From Pseudobdellovibrionaceae bacterium (GTDB lineage: Bacteria > Bdellovibrionota > Bdellovibrionia > Bdellovibrionales > Bdellovibrionaceae): a stretch of 12,255 nt of DNA. Below, one piece after another: positions 5,830-12,255 of the stretch; the first letter of the stretch is position 1, and the number at the start of each line of letters is the position of its first letter. The notes under the pieces are model-generated. The model was not told the origin of the DNA. It ran no database searches and saw only the letters and a list, made by a program, of their open reading frames with translations. A program made the position numbers and the translations under genes. Location: the NCBI GenBank assembly GCA_041288045.1, contig JBGGMM010000008.1:1-12255 (forward strand). The letters run 5' to 3'.

Positions 5830-7770
5830 TTACTTTGCAAAATGAATGGCTGAGCAGCTCGAAGCTCGGTACTGTTTGCGTCTTGCTTCTTTTGCCCTGC
5901 GATCCCACTCTTGTTGAGTTTTCGAGAAAATGCGGGCGACTGGTTCTCCAGTGTAACCCAGCTTGATATTTTCTCCGTTTTTCAAATGTGCCCAAACATT
6001 AGTAACTCCGCGCAAACCCGTATCTTCGAGATAGCGAATGTCATTTGCTGTTGTGGCCCCCTCGATTTTTTGAACTCCCCAGCCCTTTCCGGCCAGCGGG
6101 ATTTTGAGTTGACTTCTATCTTTGTAGACACGGAATTTTTCCAGTTGCTTTCGGTCCAGGAAGAGCTTGTAACCAATTGTCTGATGGTACTTGGGGTATC
6201 TCTCGCCGCGATCCTGGGAAAGGGTCACCTCAACAGGCGCCCGAATTTCCAAAGTCAGTCCTTCCGCCAGATCGAAATCAAAGGGGAGAGTCAAAGAAAC
6301 AGTATGATCACTGGTTCCCATCCAAAGATCAAATTCATCAACTCTTTTGAGTTGCTGGGATGAAAACTTTTTTCCAGCCAGGATCTGCTCGTCAACGACT
6401 ATGTTTTGCACTTTCCTGGGGCGGATGGAGTGCTCTTGATAATCGGCAGAGTTCAGGTTTGTTTGGATGAGGATCTCAGTTACGGTGAGATTTTGAATGT
6501 GAGGAATTCGAAACTGCAATCGAAGTCCCGTTTCTTTATTATTCAAAGCGGAAGCTCGGAATGAAAAGCTGTTGCTACTTTCATCTCGGGCCAGGACACT
6601 GATGGTTCCTTTCTCCAAGAGCTGAGCAGTTAAGGCTCTTTTTTCAATTGAATCTTCAAGTAGATTCAACGTGACAAAAGCTTCTGGCGCTTTGGGAATG
6701 ATCTGGGCAATTTGAAAACTGAGGTCGGTTCTGATATTTCGGAAATTGAAAGACCGGGACACACTTTCTTTCCGGCCGCCAAGGCCAGAAATCTGCCGAA
6801 CATATTGGGTGGGCTTGGCAATTGGAATCGTGGATTCTCCGTAGGGACCAAAGACGCGTTCCGTGTAAGCCACACGAACTGTGATTTCGCCGGATCGACT
6901 GACGGACACTTCTTGCACTTCGGTTCTGGGGTTATAGATCAATCCTGAATCCGCCAACTGAGCAAGGCTTAAGCTGACCGCTTTTGAAAAAACCTGATGC
7001 TCTTTGGCCCTTAAGCGATTTCTAAAGGAAGCGTCTTCTTGAAAATAATCATCATGGATCTGCCATGCCAGGTAACGGTCACTCCAATCGGACTCTCGTG
7101 AGGCGGCAACATATTGCTGGTAAATTTCCACTGAGCGTTTAGGCTCATCCATTTCGAGAATGGAATACTGGCTCTTGACTGTTGGCTCGGATTTATTTTC
7201 AATGTCGACAGAAAATGTTCTGGATTTAAGATACTCGATCAACCGGCTGTCGAATTGATCTTTTTCTTTCAGTGTGACTGGTGAGCGAGGGGAGTCCTTT
7301 CGGTGAGGCTGGTCTTTCACTTCTGTGATCAAGTGATTGAATTCATGCAGCATCAGCTGGGTTGCTTGAAAAATGCTAAAGTCCTTCATTTCTCCCAGCC
7401 GGTCCGCGTGGATCAGAATTTCGTCGCCAGTATTGATAGCTAAGCGATTCAAATCAATATTGTGCACTTTAAACTCTGAATCCGAAACATAGCGAATTGG
7501 GAAGGCTGACAAACGATTCCGGTTGATGAGCAGGGTGTATCCGAGTTTGTAATCGGTCTGGACACTACTCTGGCTCAAGGGCTGTTTCTCGAGAGAATTG
7601 ACATACCCATAAATCATATTGGGCAGCTTCTGAACGACAAACTCGATCATCGACTGTCTCATTTGGAGACGCTTTTCGGCACCAGGCTCAGCTTGGCCAA
7701 CGGCTGTCAAAACCGTGACCATAGCTAACAGGCGAAGACCAATAAAAAGGAACTTGGGAAGTGCTTTCAT
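5830..7770 (-). CDS. Secreted protein with an N-terminal HExxH (zincin-like) motif, putative metallopeptidase, 646 aa
   Basis: Signal MKALPKFLFIGLRLLAMVTVLTAVGQA|E. QLMLHEFNH at aa 138-146 (HEFNH at nt 7347-7333). The remainder is beta-rich. The only Cys is in the C-terminal tail SSCSAIHFAK. Confidence 0.8.
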   Translation of the reverse strand: MKALPKFLFIGLRLLAMVTVLTAVGQAEPGAEKRLQMRQSMIEFVVQKLPNMIYGYVNSLEKQPLSQSSVQTDYKLGYTLLINRNRLSAFPIRYVSDSEFKVHNIDLNRLAINTGDEILIHADRLGEMKDFSIFQATQLMLHEFNHLITEVKDQPHRKDSPRSPVTLKEKDQFDSRLIEYLKSRTFSVDIENKSEPTVKSQYSILEMDEPKRSVEIYQQYVAASRESDWSDRYLAWQIHDDYFQEDASFRNRLRAKEHQVFSKAVSLSLAQLADSGLIYNPRTEVQEVSVSRSGEITVRVAYTERVFGPYGESTIPIAKPTQYVRQISGLGGRKESVSRSFNFRNIRTDLSFQIAQIIPKAPEAFVTLNLLEDSIEKRALTAQLLEKGTISVLARDESSNSFSFRASALNNKETGLRLQFRIPHIQNLTVTEILIQTNLNSADYQEHSIRPRKVQNIVVDEQILAGKKFSSQQLKRVDEFDLWMGTSDHTVSLTLPFDFDLAEGLTLEIRAPVEVTLSQDRGERYPKYHQTIGYKLFLDRKQLEKFRVYKDRSQLKIPLAGKGWGVQKIEGATTANDIRYLEDTGLRGVTNVWAHLKNGENIKLGYTGEPVARIFSKTQQEWDRRAKEARRKQYRASSCSAIHFAK

Positions 7771-7786
7771 CTCTTAGAGAGATAAA

Positions 7787-7802
7787 TGCAAAGGCAGGGC
7801 AA
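7787..7802 (-). promoter_or_regulatory. Sigma54-like -24/-12 element, variant copy 1 (TTGCCCTGCCTTTGCA)
   Basis: TG-N10-GC geometry with TTGCA at -12, located 16 nt upstream of ATG 7770. It is 14/16 identical to 9209-9224. Confidence 0.55.
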
Positions 7803-7829
7803 TGACAGGTCATCATTTGCCCCTCGCTA

Positions 7830-9167
7830 TCAAGAAGCTTTGATCCAAGAATAAACGCCAGATTTGCTCTTGCTGCATTTTTTTCCTGAGCGGACTTTAC
7901 CCAGCTCGGCGCTGTTGCAAGTCACCCAAGTCCGGCTGGAGCAGAGGAGCAGCGTTGAGCCTTCTCCATCTTCGAAGCAGCTTCCGTTGGCACTGGCGCA
8001 GTCATTCGACTGAGGGCAGATGCCAAAGTAAGCCGGAATGTTGGAGCGATAAGTGCGAACTTGATAGCCGCTGCGATTTCGAGTGTCTTCAATCAAGCCG
8101 TAGACTCCGGCAGGCATGACGTTGGTTTTATTGTAGTTGCCGTTTCTTTCGCGCAAAATGCTGAGCTTGGCGCCGCCATCACGATAGATGTTTTTTACTT
8201 CTTTCGTGTTGTAGGAGCGGCTCTCGCCGGCCGGCTTGGTGCATTCCCTCATCTTTTTTGAGCTTTCATTTTTTTCACAGTGCCAGATCTCAATCGCCGC
8301 TGGGTCGTACTTTTCAAACACATTGTGTTTGATCAAATTGTCGTTGCTATAATCGCGGAGCTTGATGGTGGTGCCAGATTTGGCATTGGAAAAGTAATTT
8401 CCTTCAAACAAATTGTTCGACGAGTAATGGGCCACGTAAAAAGCGTGTTGGAGCTCGTCCTCATCATTATTGATATCAATAAAGTCATTGCCCAAAAATT
8501 TCGAATTTTTTGTGTTCACAAGTCGAATAACAGCGAGCCCCTGACGTTTTGTTTTTTTCTGATCGCCATCGTCGTCCGTCGTTATTTTGTAAACGTCGGC
8601 ATACAGATCGCCGATAGAGCGAAAGCTGACATTTCGAACCACATTGTTGGTGATGCCTTCACTGATTTTATCGCGGCTAGGACCGGCAAAGGAAATTCCT
8701 TCCAGGTAATAGCGGACATGCAAATTAGCGACTTCAATATTGGTTCGACCGGCCCAAGTTGTTGAAAAATACAAAAAGTTGCTGAGATCCCCTCTTTTTT
8801 CACGAGGATCCTTGCGGCCATCAAAGAGAGGCTTTACTTTTGGAGAAGCCCCTAAAATTCGAAGACTTCCAGTTCGAGGAATGGCCGACCAATTCTGGCT
8901 CTGCCCGTAATAAGTCCCAGAAGCAATGAGCACTTGTAAATGCACTCGCGAAGAGTGTTTTTTAATAAGAGCAGCCGCAACTTCATGGGCTCGCATCAAA
9001 GTCTTGATGGGCCTTCCAGCGGTCGTGCCCGAATTCTTGTCATTTCCCTTGGTGCTGACAAAGATCACCTTCGTGGGGATTGTCGGAGTGGCATTCTGAA
9101 ATGCAAACACAAGAAGCCCTACCACTGACAGAGAGGCCAAAATTGATTTCCACTGAAGACGCTTCAT
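7830..9167 (-). CDS. Exported right-handed parallel beta-helix (pectin lyase-like fold) protein with a Cys-rich C-terminal module, 445 aa
   Basis: Hydrophobic leader ending AFQNA. Cap motif IFVSTKGNDKNSGT..RPIKTL and IASGTYY are typical of beta-helix enzymes. Asn-ladder repeats NNVVRNVSF, NSKFLGNDF, NNLFEGNYF and DNLIKHNVF; HAFYV motif; six Cys in the last ~62 aa. Confidence 0.88.
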   Translation of the reverse strand: MKRLQWKSILASLSVVGLLVFAFQNATPTIPTKVIFVSTKGNDKNSGTTAGRPIKTLMRAHEVAAALIKKHSSRVHLQVLIASGTYYGQSQNWSAIPRTGSLRILGASPKVKPLFDGRKDPREKRGDLSNFLYFSTTWAGRTNIEVANLHVRYYLEGISFAGPSRDKISEGITNNVVRNVSFRSIGDLYADVYKITTDDDGDQKKTKRQGLAVIRLVNTKNSKFLGNDFIDINNDEDELQHAFYVAHYSSNNLFEGNYFSNAKSGTTIKLRDYSNDNLIKHNVFEKYDPAAIEIWHCEKNESSKKMRECTKPAGESRSYNTKEVKNIYRDGGAKLSILRERNGNYNKTNVMPAGVYGLIEDTRNRSGYQVRTYRSNIPAYFGICPQSNDCASANGSCFEDGEGSTLLLCSSRTWVTCNSAELGKVRSGKKCSKSKSGVYSWIKAS

Positions 9168-9208
9168 AAAAAATCCCCCGGGATTTGGTTTCGATAAACT
9201 TCAGATAT

Positions 9209-9224
9209 TGCAAAGTCAGTGCAA
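9209..9224 (-). promoter_or_regulatory. Sigma54-like -24/-12 element, variant copy 2 (TTGCACTGACTTTGCA)
   Basis: Matches TGGCAC-N5-TTGCA except for G>T at the first G of the -24 GG. Located 41 nt upstream of ATG 9167. Confidence 0.6.
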
Positions 9225-9291
9225 AGATGGGGTGAGCTAAGAACGATTCCAGCGTCAAAGACTTGAGCAGCCGTAAAGGCTTCACTTCACA

Positions 9292-9306
9292 GTCTCAAAC
9301 TGAGAC
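9292..9306. promoter_or_regulatory. Palindrome GTCTCA-N3-TGAGAC, candidate enhancer (UAS) for a sigma54 activator
   Basis: Perfect 6-bp inverted repeat centred at 9299, about 100 bp upstream of the start site implied by the 9209-9224 element. Confidence 0.55.
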
Positions 9307-9385
9307 GGATATGGAATTACTCAATTCCCAGGGCGTTTTTGATTTTCGTATAAACAGTTCCAATGGCGTACTAAATCACTCCAAC

Positions 9386-12255
9386 TCAGTGATCAATATT
9401 TTCATCGATGTTTTGCACTTTGCCGCTGGCGTCTTTGACAGTGATCTTGGTGTCCCAATTCATCTTTAAATTCGCACGAATTTCTCGGTCATAAGCAGGG
9501 TCATCGGGAAAAAGAAATTGGTCCGAACCATTTTTGTAATTGGCAGTGTTAGAAATTTGTTGGCGAATTTGATCATAAGATTTTTGATCCAAAAAGCCGT
9601 CCATCATTTTTTTCATTCCATTGTTTTCGCTCACAGAAAAAGTATAGACGGATCCGGCACTGGGATAGGGAATGAAATTTTCAGAATGAACAGCGCCAAT
9701 TTCAGAAATCACTTTGCGAGTGGATGAACAACTGGAATTGAAATAAGCAATCGGCTGATCATTTTTTCTAGCGCGAATCCAAGCACCGAAGTCTTGATTG
9801 GAAATCAATTGTGAGCTTTTCGAATTTTGCGATGGACCGAGCAAGTAAATAATTTCTTCTTTTCCATCCGGAAGTTTTTTTCGTCCCTCTAATAATGTGG
9901 CCTTATCTGAAGCCCTGAAGAGATTGTTTTCATCTCCATCCGAATGAGCTTCTTTAATCAGGTAATCCACTTGGCCTGATTCGATTTTAGGTTTCATAAA
10001 TTCAAGGGTTGAAACTTCTTTAGGATCCGAAAACTCATATTCTCGTTCTTGGTAATAAGAGACATAGGTATCAGCAAGACCGGCATGACGGCTGAGATTT
10101 TCTCCGATCACCATCATTCCAGTTAATTTCTGATCGCCCATGAACTTTTGATAAGGGGGAGCCGTGTCTTTCGCCACGATATCTGAAAGTTTCTGCAGAG
10201 CTTTTGATTCGATCTCTGCCGAATGCTTTCCTGAAGCTGTCTCCCAGGAGATCGAATTTTTCTCAACCTTGCCGATGGGTGCAGAATTTGGAAGGTCGAT
10301 CGCAGGGAGTCTTGCAAAATGAAATCCATAGCGGAGAGGGTCCTGAACAATGTCAACGGAAGGATCCCTTCCATCAACGCCCTTAATATGACTTGATGAA
10401 AGAATGACTGGATTTTGTTCCCCATTATTAATTGCAAGCGCAAGGTCCGATGCTGTCTTTGCATCTTTCCCAAAAAGCGACATGGCATATTTTTTTGAAA
10501 AATAGTGGAGTTTGCTTTGAAAGGTGCCTGCCAAGGCGGGATCCGACACGGCCCTTTGTGACAGGCTTTCAGTGATATTCTCAATCATCGCATTTTTTTC
10601 AGATTCAGGGAGCTGATCCAAATCCCTCCGGAAGAAAGATAGAAATTCAAAATTCTCTCGCAAACCAGGCTGTGGGGAGGACTTTGCTCTGGACATCAGC
10701 GTGGTAAAAGTTGCCTTTCGAAAGCCTTCTGTTTCTGGGTCTTCACATCGAGATTCATCAGAGGCCACAGCAGGTTTTTTCAAGCGTTCCGAGAGCTTGA
10801 ATTTTTTGCTGAGAATCAAAGCCAAATCAGGATGAGTTCCTGCTATGGTTTGAAGAGCGTTTTCAATTTGCGGCTGATTTTTTTCCATGAGAGATGATTG
10901 TAGAATGCCGGCAAGAACACTGAGATATCGAGAATCAAAACCGCCTTTTTTCTGAAAGCGCTTCAAATAAAGTAAGCCTTGCTTTTCAGAGAGATTTCCC
11001 TTGTTTAGAACTGGAGTCAAGGGGTCCCAAGCGCTTGCTGTAAAGGGGCCTTGGCAATAGGTCTTCAGAACAATATCCCTATTTTTCTCAAAATCGTTCA
11101 ATTTCAAACTCGAGTCGAAGTCGGTTCCCTTGGTCAGGCAGTTGCAATCATCCGAAATCACCTGCACATCATTCCAACAAGTATTTTTCAATTCGGCAGG
11201 GGTCGAATCGAAGGATTTGAAGAATCGGTCAAAATTATCGCTCATTTCAATTATTTCATTTCCAAGCGACACCTCTGTTCCCTGAACAAGGTCATAAACA
11301 CTGTTTGAATAACTATTTCCCCGTCTCTTGCCTAGTTGCAATCTTCTTCCGTCGGCGGATTCTTCAATCATAGAAACTGAATCCGCGACATTGATGGTTT
11401 TCTTTGTTTTTGGGTTGATGATCAACGAGTTTCCACCTGGAGATTCAGCAGCTAACCAAATGCCTTTCTGAGATGACCTCAAATAGGAACCTTCAGAAAT
11501 GGGGAGTGGGTGTTCTCCGTTTCCTTTTAATAGATTTTGCATTTCACTTTCATAGAAATATTTATGTTTTATTGGACGAGAACTGATATCGGCCTCGACA
11601 ATCAAACCATTTCGAACAAAAATAACCTTTTTGGTTTCTGCAATTTTGACCATGCCCTCGGGCTTATAGATCTCGGTCTTCACATTGAACTTATCAATAT
11701 TATTCCAGTCAAAAGTCAAATTGGCTGGCTGGCCTGGTTTTGCTTCCATTTTGGTAACAACTAAGTTTCCATTTGAAAGAATTCCGCTGACTCGTCCGTT
11801 TTTGATTTCAGGAATTTTTTCCCATTTTGAAATTTTTCGAACATAGGATTCCCGAACAGCGACAGTGGTCGCATTGACAGGCCCCATGACTTGGAGAAGG
11901 TTTGGAGAAGGCAAATCGATAAAGGAACCTTCGGGAGCCTGTATCTCTAGAACTTCGCTTAGGTTATCAAGAGGTCGAATTTTTAGGACATTTGAGGTTC
12001 CCGAATAGGCATAGGCACCCACAGTGTTGTAAGATTCTTGGTTCGTAATGGCAAAGTTTCCAGTTTGTGGATTGATAAGAGCAGATGTTGTGTCACCTCT
12101 AAGATGAACTACATCATTGCGACCTGAAGTTGAATATCCGTATCCACTGGACGAAAAAAGTTTTTCCTCTTTCTTGGTCTTGATGTTAAAAAGAAACTTG
12201 TCTTGTCCTCGAAAAAAAATCAAATGATCCTTAATTGTTAGATTGATGAAATCTT
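9386..12255 (-). CDS. Large protein, 5'-truncated by the window (>955 aa): beta-propeller-like region, helical middle and putative clan-CD cysteine-peptidase-like C-terminal domain
   Basis: The frame stays open beyond the ORF-track TTG (12223) to the window edge (DFINLTIKDH-LIFF). Propeller-like strands include LFNIKTKKE, LINPQTGN, IINPKTKK, ESADGRRL and VYDLVQGTE. The C-terminal alpha/beta region has YLIKEAHSDG and IAYFNSSCSS. The CDS is confident; the function is inferred. Confidence 0.85.
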   Translation of the reverse strand, partial: DFINLTIKDHLIFFRGQDKFLFNIKTKKEEKLFSSSGYGYSTSGRNDVVHLRGDTTSALINPQTGNFAITNQESYNTVGAYAYSGTSNVLKIRPLDNLSEVLEIQAPEGSFIDLPSPNLLQVMGPVNATTVAVRESYVRKISKWEKIPEIKNGRVSGILSNGNLVVTKMEAKPGQPANLTFDWNNIDKFNVKTEIYKPEGMVKIAETKKVIFVRNGLIVEADISSRPIKHKYFYESEMQNLLKGNGEHPLPISEGSYLRSSQKGIWLAAESPGGNSLIINPKTKKTINVADSVSMIEESADGRRLQLGKRRGNSYSNSVYDLVQGTEVSLGNEIIEMSDNFDRFFKSFDSTPAELKNTCWNDVQVISDDCNCLTKGTDFDSSLKLNDFEKNRDIVLKTYCQGPFTASAWDPLTPVLNKGNLSEKQGLLYLKRFQKKGGFDSRYLSVLAGILQSSLMEKNQPQIENALQTIAGTHPDLALILSKKFKLSERLKKPAVASDESRCEDPETEGFRKATFTTLMSRAKSSPQPGLRENFEFLSFFRRDLDQLPESEKNAMIENITESLSQRAVSDPALAGTFQSKLHYFSKKYAMSLFGKDAKTASDLALAINNGEQNPVILSSSHIKGVDGRDPSVDIVQDPLRYGFHFARLPAIDLPNSAPIGKVEKNSISWETASGKHSAEIESKALQKLSDIVAKDTAPPYQKFMGDQKLTGMMVIGENLSRHAGLADTYVSYYQEREYEFSDPKEVSTLEFMKPKIESGQVDYLIKEAHSDGDENNLFRASDKATLLEGRKKLPDGKEEIIYLLGPSQNSKSSQLISNQDFGAWIRARKNDQPIAYFNSSCSSTRKVISEIGAVHSENFIPYPSAGSVYTFSVSENNGMKKMMDGFLDQKSYDQIRQQISNTANYKNGSDQFLFPDDPAYDREIRANLKMNWDTKITVKDASGKVQNIDENIDH

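Noticed and set aside
5735..5995. 87-aa N-terminal extension of the TIGR02147 ORF in the ORF track
   Set aside because: It overlaps the 646-aa gene and the palindrome. Family-like sequence and typical length begin at ATG 5734.
7797..7822. GGGCAA...TTGCCC imperfect hairpin after the beta-helix stop as an intrinsic terminator
   Set aside because: The stem is bulged with no clean U-tract, and one arm belongs to the sigma54-like element.
243..11764. Remaining alternative-frame and antisense ORFs in the track (for example 265..642, 614..1039, 2980..3387, 5911..6363, 8280..8765, 10123..10584)
   Set aside because: They lie on top of better-supported CDSs and show no recognisable motifs; they are treated as shadow ORFs.
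12221..12232. TTG 12223 with AAGGA upstream as the true start of the large gene
   Set aside because: The frame is open to the window edge and the sequence starts mid-repeat with no leader, so truncation is more likely.
1..12255. CRISPR array, tRNA/rRNA, transposase, integrase or a known anti-phage system
   Set aside because: I saw no regularly spaced repeats, structural RNA signatures or catalytic motifs for these. The putative clan-CD domain has no recognisable defence partner within the window.

Overview
Gene-dense bacterial window with 11 plausible CDSs and no recognisable rRNA, tRNA, CRISPR array or mobile element. The content points to Bdellovibrionota (inference): a TIGR02147/DUF4423 HTH regulator, a secreted protein with GNGG right after its signal peptide, an FQN-type leader and many orphan exported proteins. 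The left end has a divergent pair encoding a VOC/glyoxalase and a RibD-C/DHFR-family protein. The middle has three lipoproteins and one secreted protein. The right part is a run of minus-strand genes: a 5'-truncated >955-aa protein with a putative clan-CD (caspase/gingipain-like) His/Cys domain, a parallel beta-helix protein, a 646-aa secreted HExxH protein, the TIGR02147 regulator and the GNGG protein. The best unexplained signals are non-coding. (i) A 16-bp sigma54-like element with TG in place of the -24 GG lies upstream of two adjacent secreted-enzyme genes, and one copy has a GTCTCA-N3-TGAGAC palindrome about 100 bp upstream of the implied start site. (ii) A perfect TGTTCGGTCA-N11-TGACCGAACA palindrome precedes the TIGR02147 gene, and its GTTC/GAAC geometry recurs about 3 kb away. 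(iii) Hairpins cover the ribosome-binding region of three genes. All calls come from reading the sequence; no searches were run.
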